The translations under genes were made by a program, and so were the position numbers. The notes under the pieces were generated by a model, which was given only the letters and a program-made list of their open reading frames with translations, was not told the origin of the DNA and did not search any database. Below, in pieces: positions 27,355-35,762 of a stretch of 64,000 bases of DNA. Origin of the DNA: Candidatus Forterrea multitransposorum CG_2015-17_Forterrea_25_41 (GTDB taxonomy: Archaea; Iainarchaeota; Iainarchaeia; Iainarchaeales; CSSED10-239); NCBI GenBank assembly GCA_009392915.1, contig CP045477.1, positions 640,001 through 704,000 of the forward strand, in the 5' to 3' direction. The first letter of the stretch is position 1. Every line of letters begins with the position of its first letter.

Positions 27355-28554
27355 ATGAAAATTGCAATATTTAGTGATTGGCACTTAGGCCTTAATTTTG
27401 GCACAGATCTTGAAATGGATTCTTTTGTGCAGTTATCAGAAGCTTTCATGCAGATTAAAGAAGAAAATGTTGATTTTATAATTACTTGTGGAGATCTATT
27501 TGATAAAACTATGCCTACACATGAAGTTTATTATGAAGCTATCTCTGTACTTAACAATGTAGATATTGAAAACAAAATTAATCTAAAATCAAGACAAGAA
27601 AGAAAATTAAAAATACCAATGATAGGAATTATTGGAAATCATGAATTTAGAGGTAAAGACTTTAAATCAACTGTTGAACTTTTAGAAGTTATGAATTTTT
27701 TAAGAGTTGTACATGCAGATTCAGTAACTATAGAAAAAGAAGAAGAAAAAGTAAATGTTTTTGGTCTTTCAGGAGTTCCAGATAGATTTGCAAAAGATAT
27801 TTTAGATAAATGGAATCCTACACCTAAAGAAGGATACAATATTTTACTTCTTCATCAATCTTTTAAAGAATATCTTCCTTTTGAAAGTGAAGAAATGTTA
27901 TCTTTAAGTAACCTCCCTAAAGGTTTTGATATTATTGCAAATGGACATCTTCATTGGAAAGTTATAGAACCACTTGATGAAAAAACAAGATTTATAATGT
28001 CAGGTTCAACTGTCTCAACACAAAATAAAAAAATTGAATCAGATACTGAAAAAGGGTTTTTTATTTTAGACACAAAGACAAATAACTTAGATTTTCATGC
28101 AATTAAAAATACAAGGAAAGTTTTCTATAAAGATTTAGATCTTAAGTTAACAACTCCTGAAAAAACAATTGAAATTATAACTTTAGAGATTGAAAAACTA
28201 ATTGAAAAAAAAGAAGATAAAAAACCTCTTCTAAGAATAAGGCTTAAAGGAGAATTACTAAAAGGTTATTTTTTAAAAAGTATTAATCTTAAAGAAATTG
28301 AGGATAAATATAAAGATTATTTTTACATTTCTTTTTCAAATAAAATACAAGAACAGAAATTAAAAGAAAGTGTTGAAAAATTAAAAAGTATTGAACAGAA
28401 TAAAGGTAATCTTTTTGAAATTTCTAAAAGTATTTTCTTTGAACAGATATCTCAAACAAATATCTCCAAAGATTTTGATTATCAAAGATTTTTTGATATT
28501 CTTTATAATGGAGATTTATCTAAAGCAAAAGAGTTTATTTTAGATAAAAAATAA
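27355..28554 (+). CDS. Mre11/SbcD-family DNA repair nuclease (calcineurin-like phosphoesterase)
   Basis: Phosphoesterase motifs I-V in order: FSDWHLG, ITCGDLFD, IIGNHEF, LLLHQSF, IANGHLHW. 399 aa. No rad50 gene adjacent. Confidence 0.7.
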   Translation: MKIAIFSDWHLGLNFGTDLEMDSFVQLSEAFMQIKEENVDFIITCGDLFDKTMPTHEVYYEAISVLNNVDIENKINLKSRQERKLKIPMIGIIGNHEFRGKDFKSTVELLEVMNFLRVVHADSVTIEKEEEKVNVFGLSGVPDRFAKDILDKWNPTPKEGYNILLLHQSFKEYLPFESEEMLSLSNLPKGFDIIANGHLHWKVIEPLDEKTRFIMSGSTVSTQNKKIESDTEKGFFILDTKTNNLDFHAIKNTRKVFYKDLDLKLTTPEKTIEIITLEIEKLIEKKEDKKPLLRIRLKGELLKGYFLKSINLKEIEDKYKDYFYISFSNKIQEQKLKESVEKLKSIEQNKGNLFEISKSIFFEQISQTNISKDFDYQRFFDILYNGDLSKAKEFILDKK

Positions 28555-28617
28555 TTTGAAAACAAGAATAAACTCTAAACAAATAACTATTTAAACATTT
28601 TCTATATAATATTTAAT

Positions 28618-28929
28618 ATGAACTGCGCATCATATTATTTTTTTAATGTAATCTCAAACGAGACCAGATGGAAAATCATTAATTCTTTATATGAATCAGA
28701 TAAGTTTGTAACAGACATCTGTAAAGATATTAATGAAGAACAATCAAAGGTTAGCCATAATTTAAAAATACTTCTTGAATGTAATGTTGTTTTTTCTCAA
28801 AGACAAGGAAAATATATTAAATATTCCTTGAATAAAAAAACCATTAAACCACTTATTAAGATATTAAATGATCATATGAAAAATTTTTGTGGTGGAAAAT
28901 GTAAAAGAAATGTAATTGAGAAAAAATGA
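28618..28929 (+). CDS. ArsR/SmtB-family winged-helix transcriptional regulator
   Basis: A 103-aa wHTH (ETRWKIINSLYESDKFVTDICKDINEEQSKVSHNLKILLECNVV) with a C-terminal Cys cluster (CGGKC). Overlaps the downstream cysteine desulfurase start by 4 nt. Confidence 0.55.
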   Translation: MNCASYYFFNVISNETRWKIINSLYESDKFVTDICKDINEEQSKVSHNLKILLECNVVFSQRQGKYIKYSLNKKTIKPLIKILNDHMKNFCGGKCKRNVIEKK

Positions 28930-30050
28930 ATACTAAATATTTTGATTATGCATCAACTTGTCCTGTGGATACTAGAGTTCTTGAAAAAATGAAGCCTTAT
29001 TTTTCAGAAAACTTTGCAAATACCTCAAGCATGCATTCTTTTGGTGAAAAAATAAAAGATGAAGTTGAAAATGCAAGAGAAGAAATTTTAAAAAAAATAA
29101 ATGGTATTAACCATAAACTAATATTTACTTCTGGAGGAACAGAAAGTAATAACCTAGCCCTTAAAGGAATTGCAGAAACCTATAGAGAAAAAGGAAATCA
29201 TATTTTAATAAGTAAAATAGAACATGATTCAATTTTAAATTCTGCAAAATATCTTAAAACAAAAGGATATGAAATTGAGTATATTGAAAATGATTCAGAA
29301 GGATTAATTGACTTAGAAGACTTAAAACAAAAGATTAGAAAAGATACAATTTTAGTTTCAATAATTCATGGAAATAATGAAATTGGAACTTTACAAGATC
29401 TTGAAAAGATTGGAGAAATTTGTAAAGAAAAAGAAGTTTTTTTCCATACTGATGCATGTCAAAGCTTCTGTAAAAGTGAAATTGATCTTGAAAAACAAAA
29501 TATTGATCTAATAACAATTAATGCACATAAAATATATGGCCCTAAAGGTATAGGTGCGCTAATTATTAAAAAAAATATTAACCTAACTCCTCTTTTTCAT
29601 GGAGGAGGACATGAAAATAATTTAAGAAGCGGAACTTTAAATGTACCTGGTATAATTGGTCTTAGAGAAGCAATAAAATCTTTAGATAAAGAAGAACTCT
29701 TAAGAGAAAAAAAATTAAGAAATTATATTTTTTCAGAAATTGAAAACATTAATTCAATTAAAATATTAGGATCAAAAGAAAACAGACTTGTAAACAATGT
29801 TTGTTTATTATTTGAAAATATTGAATCAGAATCAATTCTTTTATCTTTAGACTTAAAAGGATTTTATGTTTCAACAGGTTCTGCATGTCTTTCAAATAAT
29901 AATGAAAAAAGTCATGTTGTTTCAGCACTAAAAGTTTTAAAAAATAAAAAAAATGGAATCTTAAGAATTTCTTTAGGTAAAGAAAATACTTTAGAAAGCA
30001 CTAAAGAATTAATTATTGAAATTAAAAAAACAATTGAAAAATTTGATTAA
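28926..30050 (+). CDS. cysteine desulfurase (IscS/NifS class)
   Basis: PLP-binding Lys context (HKIYGPKGIGAL) and active-site Cys (STGSACLSNN); 374 aa. Confidence 0.85.
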   Translation: MNTKYFDYASTCPVDTRVLEKMKPYFSENFANTSSMHSFGEKIKDEVENAREEILKKINGINHKLIFTSGGTESNNLALKGIAETYREKGNHILISKIEHDSILNSAKYLKTKGYEIEYIENDSEGLIDLEDLKQKIRKDTILVSIIHGNNEIGTLQDLEKIGEICKEKEVFFHTDACQSFCKSEIDLEKQNIDLITINAHKIYGPKGIGALIIKKNINLTPLFHGGGHENNLRSGTLNVPGIIGLREAIKSLDKEELLREKKLRNYIFSEIENINSIKILGSKENRLVNNVCLLFENIESESILLSLDLKGFYVSTGSACLSNNNEKSHVVSALKVLKNKKNGILRISLGKENTLESTKELIIEIKKTIEKFD

Positions 30051-30052
30051 CT

Positions 30053-30268
30053 ATGAAAATAACTTCAGAAACAAAATTAAAAGAACTTCTTGAAAGAGAA
30101 GATATTTTTGAAATATTAATGGCACACGGTTTTCCATGTGTAACTTGCCCAATGGCAAGAATGGAAATGGATATTCTAGAAATTGGTGCTGTTTGTGAAA
30201 TGTATGGTATTGATCAAATATCTTTACTTGAAGATTTAAATGAATTTTTAGAAAAAAAGGAGAAATAA
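30053..30268 (+). CDS. DUF1858 (ScdA_N-like) redox-disulfide domain protein
   Basis: 71 aa. HGFPCVTCPMARMEMDILEIGAVCEMYGIDQISLLEDLNEFL matches the DUF1858 pattern (HG..C.GCP.A..ET.E.AA..HGID...LL..LN). Confidence 0.6.
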   Translation: MKITSETKLKELLEREDIFEILMAHGFPCVTCPMARMEMDILEIGAVCEMYGIDQISLLEDLNEFLEKKEK

Positions 30269-30271
30269 TTT

Positions 30272-30841
30272 ATGAAATTAAAATATTTATTTATAATTAT
30301 GGTGCTTGTAACCATTTTTTCAAACACAGTCTTTTCAGAAGATGTAAATGTTGATATTAATCAGAATGTAATAATTGATATAAACCAAGAAACAAAAATA
30401 AACGTTTATTTCTTTGGAACTTCAACTTGCCCTTACTGTGCTCAGGAAAAAGAATTTTTCACAGAATATGTTAAAAATAATCCAGATGTAAGAGTTTATT
30501 ATTTTGAACTTGATACTCAAAGAAATAATTCAAAACTATTACTTGAATTTTCAAAAGCTTTTCAAGAAAGAAGCACAAGTGTGCCTATAACTTTCATTTC
30601 AGAGAAAGTATGGATTGGCTTTTCTGAAAGTATACAAGGACAAATGGAAACAATAATTAATAATTGTAGAGAAAACACTTGTAAGGATTCTTATACACTT
30701 CTTGAAAATCAAGAAGAATTTAGAGAATACTTAACTAATGACAAGTATGTTAAATATCTTGGAGAAGAAATTAAAAAAGAGAAAACAGACAAAATTGGTT
30801 TTTTTGAAAGAATAGTTACTTTCTTTAAAAATATATTTTAA
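30272..30841 (+). CDS. secreted glutaredoxin/thioredoxin-like protein (CPYC)
   Basis: Sec signal peptide MKLKYLFIIMVLVTIFSNTVFS, then a Trx-fold with VYFFGTSTCPYCAQEKEF. Paralogous to the N-terminal module of the next gene. Confidence 0.6.
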   Translation: MKLKYLFIIMVLVTIFSNTVFSEDVNVDINQNVIIDINQETKINVYFFGTSTCPYCAQEKEFFTEYVKNNPDVRVYYFELDTQRNNSKLLLEFSKAFQERSTSVPITFISEKVWIGFSESIQGQMETIINNCRENTCKDSYTLLENQEEFREYLTNDKYVKYLGEEIKKEKTDKIGFFERIVTFFKNIF

Positions 30842-30906
30842 ATATATTTAAAACATTATTCATATATAATATTATTAAAACAATAATTAAAATAAGAGAT
30901 GACTAA

Positions 30907-32595
30907 ATGAATTTTAAAAAAATTATACTTTTTATTTTTTTATTTTTAATAATTACAACAACATATATAGGTAGTGTTTCAGCTCTTGAACAAAAAGAAG
31001 TAAACATCTATTTCTTTGGAACCTCAACATGTCCTTACTGTGCTCAAGAAAAAGCTTTTTTAAAAGATTTTGTAAATGAAAATATAAATGTCACTGTTAA
31101 CTATTACGAGCTTGACAAACAAAAAGAAGCATCTAAACTATTACTTGAGCTTGGAGAAGAATTTAATCAAAGAACAACAAATGTACCTTTAACTTTTATA
31201 TCTGACAAATCATGGATTGGTTTTTCAGAAAATATAAAACAAGAAATAATAAATCAAGTAAATGATTGTTCTCAAAACGAATGTAAAGATACTATTAATT
31301 TTCTTAATGAACCTAAATTCTGGGAAAAATATACAACAGATAAAGAATATGTAACAATAATTGAATCTGATAAAAAAGAAACTAGTTTTGAAAAACCAGA
31401 AATTGAAGATGTTTATGTTCATTTATTCTATGTGCCTGATTGTGCACAATGTCTTAATACTTTAGAATATTTTAAATATATTGAAAGTAAATACCCATTT
31501 ATAATTACAGAAAAATATAATCTTTTAGATCCAAAAAATAAAGAACTTTTTGAAGAATATAAAAATTTATATTCTCTACAAGTTGAAATTTTTCCAATAG
31601 TATTTATTGGAGAAACATATATTAGTGGAGAAACAAATATTAAAAATAATCTTGACAAAGAAATTGATAGATGTTATAACACAGACATTAATTGTTCATG
31701 TCCTGAAAAAACAATTCTCTCAAAAACAAATAAAATACCTTCTTCAGAAGAATATGTTTCTGGAGAAGAAAATAAAAAAATTAGTTTTTTTGGAAAACAA
31801 ATCGATCTTGGAAATAAATCTTTATTTTTAAATACTTTAATTATTGCTTTTGTTGATGGGTTAAACCCTTGCTCTTTATGGGTTTTAATGTTTCTATTAA
31901 GTATTGTTGTTTATTCTGGTTCAAGAAAGAAAATATTTTTAATAGGTATAACTTTTTTAGCAGTTACAGCAATTATTTATGGTTTATTTATAACAAGTGT
32001 TTTAAATGCTTTAATTTTCTTTTATAGTCCAATTATAAAAGTTATAATTGTTCTTGTAGCAGTTATTTTTGGACTAATAAACATTAAAGATTATTTTTGG
32101 TATAAAAAAGGAATTTCTTTAACTATATCTGAAAAAGAAAAACCTAAAATCTATGATAAGATAAGAAACATAATGAATCCTAAAAATAGTTTATTTGCAA
32201 TTATGTTAGGAACAATAATCTTAGCTGGAGGAGTTACAATTTTAGAAATTCCATGTACAGCAGGGCTACCTTTGCTTTGGGCAAACATGATTGCAAACAG
32301 TACTCTTTCAAGTACAGGATATTATCTTCTTTTAGGAATATATATGATTATTTATTTGTTAGATGAAATAGTTTTATTCTCAATAGCTATATTTACTTTG
32401 AAGATATCTAAGATGGAAGAAAAACATGGAAAGGTCTTAAAATTATTTAGTGGGCTTTTAATCTTTGGTATTGGTGTTTCCTTTGCAGTTGCAGATAAAT
32501 TTATGCAAAGTATTTTAGGAATATTACTATTAACAATAGGTTCTATTCTTTTAACATATATAATAAACAAAATATATACAAAATATAAAAAGTGA
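30907..32595 (+). CDS. fusion of secreted thioredoxin-like domains (CPYC + CAQC) with a DsbD/CcdA-type transmembrane thiol-disulfide transporter
   Basis: Signal peptide; module 1 IYFFGTSTCPYCAQEK; module 2 FYVPDCAQCL. The C-terminal polytopic domain carries the two conserved DsbD/CcdA cysteines in TM helices (GLNPCSLWVL and LEIPCTAGLPL). Confidence 0.65.
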   Translation: MNFKKIILFIFLFLIITTTYIGSVSALEQKEVNIYFFGTSTCPYCAQEKAFLKDFVNENINVTVNYYELDKQKEASKLLLELGEEFNQRTTNVPLTFISDKSWIGFSENIKQEIINQVNDCSQNECKDTINFLNEPKFWEKYTTDKEYVTIIESDKKETSFEKPEIEDVYVHLFYVPDCAQCLNTLEYFKYIESKYPFIITEKYNLLDPKNKELFEEYKNLYSLQVEIFPIVFIGETYISGETNIKNNLDKEIDRCYNTDINCSCPEKTILSKTNKIPSSEEYVSGEENKKISFFGKQIDLGNKSLFLNTLIIAFVDGLNPCSLWVLMFLLSIVVYSGSRKKIFLIGITFLAVTAIIYGLFITSVLNALIFFYSPIIKVIIVLVAVIFGLINIKDYFWYKKGISLTISEKEKPKIYDKIRNIMNPKNSLFAIMLGTIILAGGVTILEIPCTAGLPLLWANMIANSTLSSTGYYLLLGIYMIIYLLDEIVLFSIAIFTLKISKMEEKHGKVLKLFSGLLIFGIGVSFAVADKFMQSILGILLLTIGSILLTYIINKIYTKYKK

Positions 32596-32603
32596 AAGAA
32601 TCC

Positions 32604-32945
32604 TTAACTTAGGATTCTTTTATCTATTTCTGAAATTTTATCTCTAACATCTTCATTTAATCTATCATAATCTCTTTCAATATTTGAAGGAACATCTTTT
32701 TTTGAAATATTATCTGAGATTGAATGTTGAAGATAAGAAATATCTTTCTTTAAAGCAGTTAAGTCTTCTCTATCTAAAGAATTTAAAGAAATTGAAAGAA
32801 GTCTTTGTAATTTTCTAATATCCGTTACAATTTTTGATAAAGAAACTGGAGAATCATTACCTCTTTGATTATAAGAATAATTTGTTGAGCCTTTTGACCA
32901 AGAAAAACTATCTTTTGATTTTATATTAGCCATATTTTTTAACAC
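32604..32945 (-). CDS. hypothetical protein
   Basis: 113 aa, predicted helical, no motif recognised. Confidence 0.3.
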   Translation of the reverse strand: MLKNMANIKSKDSFSWSKGSTNYSYNQRGNDSPVSLSKIVTDIRKLQRLLSISLNSLDREDLTALKKDISYLQHSISDNISKKDVPSNIERDYDRLNEDVRDKISEIDKRILS

Positions 32946-33140
32946 CTTTTTTATATACTTTTAATAGAAACATTTTTTATTTATATTAATATAATACATA
33001 AGAAGAATATTTATAATATATGGATATTAAAAACATACCAAAAATAAGTTTTAGATATACTTTTTAAACTTAATTAAAAGTTAGGTTTTAATTCTTATTG
33101 GTTAATAACTATAATATAATATTTATAAGAAAGAAAAAAT

Positions 33141-33695
33141 ATGGACACAATAAACATATCTATTTATGGTAGAGGGGGGCAAGGTGCTAAAACCTGTGCT
33201 CAAATCATTGCAGAAGCAGGAGTTAAGGCAGGGAAAAATGTACAAGCTTTTCCTGAGTATGGACCTGAAAGAAGAGGTGCTCCTGTAAGATCTTATGTAA
33301 GACTTTCAAATAAACCTATTAGGACACATGAGCCTATCTTAAACCCTGATGTTGTTATTGTAATTGATGGTAATTTAGCAAATGTTTTAAAAGAAATTAA
33401 AGAATATTCTTCTCCTTTAATTATTAATGGAAATGCAGAGATTAAAGGTTTTAAAAGTAAAGAAATATTTATAGTTGATGGGACTAAAATATCTTTAGAA
33501 GAGATTAAGATTAATAATCCAAATATTGTTTTAATAGGTTCTCTTTTAAAAATCTTAGAAGATAAAAAAATTAATTTTATAAAATATAAAGATGTTGAAA
33601 AAGTTATTAAAGAAACATTTACTAAAAAAAGAAAAGAACATTTTATTATGCCAAACCTTAATTGTCTTAAGAGAGGATATAATTTTAAAAAATAA
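33141..33695 (+). CDS. porG: pyruvate:ferredoxin oxidoreductase gamma subunit
   Basis: YGRGGQGAKTCAQIIAEAGVKAGKNVQAFPEYGPERRGAPV is the POR gamma signature. Confidence 0.85.
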   Translation: MDTINISIYGRGGQGAKTCAQIIAEAGVKAGKNVQAFPEYGPERRGAPVRSYVRLSNKPIRTHEPILNPDVVIVIDGNLANVLKEIKEYSSPLIINGNAEIKGFKSKEIFIVDGTKISLEEIKINNPNIVLIGSLLKILEDKKINFIKYKDVEKVIKETFTKKRKEHFIMPNLNCLKRGYNFKK

Positions 33696-33711
33696 AAAAT
33701 AAGAAATAACT

Positions 33712-33999
33712 ATGACAAAAGAAAATAAAAAAATTGGTGGAGTTTTAGAAGGTGGAACTTCTAAACAATACAGTACTGGTAACTGGAGACATAAAAAACC
33801 AATCTGGGATTCTAAAAGATGTGTTCAGTGTATGTTGTGCTATGTTTATTGCCCTGATAATTGTATTTTAGTAAAAAAAAATAAAGATGGTAAGCTTGTA
33901 AGAACAGAAACAGACTTAGAGTTTTGTAAAGGTTGTGGAATCTGTGAAAAAGTATGCCCTGTTAAATGTATAAAGATGGTTGAAGAAGACAAAGAATGA
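33712..33999 (+). CDS. porD: pyruvate:ferredoxin oxidoreductase delta subunit (2x[4Fe-4S] ferredoxin)
   Basis: Two CxxCxxCxxxCP motifs (CVQCMLCYVYCP, CKGCGICEKVCP). Confidence 0.85.
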   Translation: MTKENKKIGGVLEGGTSKQYSTGNWRHKKPIWDSKRCVQCMLCYVYCPDNCILVKKNKDGKLVRTETDLEFCKGCGICEKVCPVKCIKMVEEDKE

Positions 34000-34577
34000 T
34001 TCTAATGAACTTTATTGAAGAATTAAATCAAATAGAAACAATCATCAAAGTAAAAGAAAGCAAAAGAAAAAGTATTGTTGAAGAAAGATATGAAAGTTCT
34101 GCAGAACACACTTTTGGATGTATTCTTTTAGCACAATATTTTTTAAAAAAAATACCAGATAAATTAGATGAATTAAAAATATTAAAATTATTAAGTTACC
34201 ATGATATTCAAAATATCTATTTTGAAGATATAAATATAACAGATGAAAATTGGAAAAATAAAAAAAATCTTGAAAAAATAGCACATGAAAAAACAATTAA
34301 GACAATTCCAAAAGAAATATCTGAAGAATATAAGACACACTACATAGAATTTGAAGAATTAAAAACAAAAGAATCCAAATTTGCAAAAGCCATTGATGTT
34401 TTAGAACCAGTAATACACGCTAGCAATCATAAAGAACATTGGATAAGAGGAAACTGGAAGGAATCAGATTTAAGAAAACATAAAGAAAAATATTTAACCG
34501 AATTTCCAATATTAATGGAATTCTTTAATGAATTTGTAAATTATGCAAAAGAAAATAATTATTTTATAAAAGAATAG
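33996..34577 (+). CDS. HD-domain phosphohydrolase (YfbR-like 5'-deoxynucleotidase family)
   Basis: SSAEHTFGCILLA (H), LLSYHDIQNIYFEDI (HD), ...FAKAIDVLEPVIHA (D) in YfbR-like spacing. Overlaps porD by 4 nt and ends 13 nt before porA. Confidence 0.6.
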   Translation: MILMNFIEELNQIETIIKVKESKRKSIVEERYESSAEHTFGCILLAQYFLKKIPDKLDELKILKLLSYHDIQNIYFEDINITDENWKNKKNLEKIAHEKTIKTIPKEISEEYKTHYIEFEELKTKESKFAKAIDVLEPVIHASNHKEHWIRGNWKESDLRKHKEKYLTEFPILMEFFNEFVNYAKENNYFIKE

Positions 34578-34589
34578 ATGTGAAAAAAA

Positions 34590-35750
34590 ATGAAAACTAA
34601 AAAAACAGCACTTAACGGCGGAGAAGCAATCTCCTATGCAATAAAACAAGTAGATGTTGATGTGTTTGCAATGTATCCTATAACACCACAAACACCAATC
34701 ATTGAAAGTTATGCAAACCATCATAATAATGGAGAAGTTACAACTGAATTAATCTTAGTTGAATCAGAACATTCTGCTCTTTCAACAGTTATTGGTTCAG
34801 CTGCATCAGGTGCCAGAAGTGTAACAGCAACAGCCTCTCAAGGTTTAATGTACATGTATGAAGTTTTATCAGTTGCATCTGGTTTAAGACTTCCAATTGT
34901 TATGCCTGTTGCAAATAGAGCTATCTCTGCACCTATAAACATACATTGTGATCATAGTGACGCTATGGCTTGTCTTGATCAAGGATGGATGATGGCTTTT
35001 TGTGAAAGTGCACAAGAAGCATATGACATGACAATCTTTGCTTTTAAACTTGCAGAAAAGGTTTCTCTTCCAATCATGGTGTGTATAGATGGTTTTTATA
35101 CTTCACATAATTTAGAAAATTTAGAAACATATGAAGACAAAGTTGTTAAAAAATTTGTAGGAGATTACAAAGGACCTTATAATCTTTTAGATACAAAGAA
35201 ACCAATCTCTATTGGTGCACTTTCTCTTCCAAATACATTTTTTGAAATAAAGGTGGAATTGTTTAAAGCATTTGATGATGTTGAAAAAGATTTTTTAGAA
35301 GTTTCAAAAGATTTTGAAAAGACTTTTGGAAAAAAAATTAATTTCTTTGAAGAGTATAAAGTAAAAGATGCTGAAGTGGTTATTGTTGTAATGTCCTCAA
35401 CTGCTCAGTCAACAAAAAATGTTATTGATAAATTAAGAAAAGAAAGAAAGAAGGTTGGGCTTTTAAGACCTATTCTTTTTAGACCTTTTGTTTATTCTAA
35501 ATATCTTAATACTTTAAAAAAAGCAAAAGAAATAATTGTTCTTGATAGAGCTGAAGGCCCAGGATCCTCTTCTCCTCTTTATAAAGAAATTAAACTTTCT
35601 GTTTGCGATAATGATAAAAAAATAAATGTAACCTCTTATGTCTTTGGACTTGGAGGAAGAGATCTTTTTGAAAAAGATATTGAAGAACTTCTTAATGGTT
35701 TTATAAAAGGAAAACCAAATAAAGAAAAATATTTAGGGCTTAAAAAATAA
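34590..35750 (+). CDS. porA: pyruvate:ferredoxin oxidoreductase alpha subunit
   Basis: 386 aa; conserved POR alpha N-terminus (ALNGGEAISYAIKQVDVDVFAMYPITPQT). Confidence 0.85.
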   Translation: MKTKKTALNGGEAISYAIKQVDVDVFAMYPITPQTPIIESYANHHNNGEVTTELILVESEHSALSTVIGSAASGARSVTATASQGLMYMYEVLSVASGLRLPIVMPVANRAISAPINIHCDHSDAMACLDQGWMMAFCESAQEAYDMTIFAFKLAEKVSLPIMVCIDGFYTSHNLENLETYEDKVVKKFVGDYKGPYNLLDTKKPISIGALSLPNTFFEIKVELFKAFDDVEKDFLEVSKDFEKTFGKKINFFEEYKVKDAEVVIVVMSSTAQSTKNVIDKLRKERKKVGLLRPILFRPFVYSKYLNTLKKAKEIIVLDRAEGPGSSSPLYKEIKLSVCDNDKKINVTSYVFGLGGRDLFEKDIEELLNGFIKGKPNKEKYLGLKK

Positions 35751-35762
35751 AGTGAAAAATTT

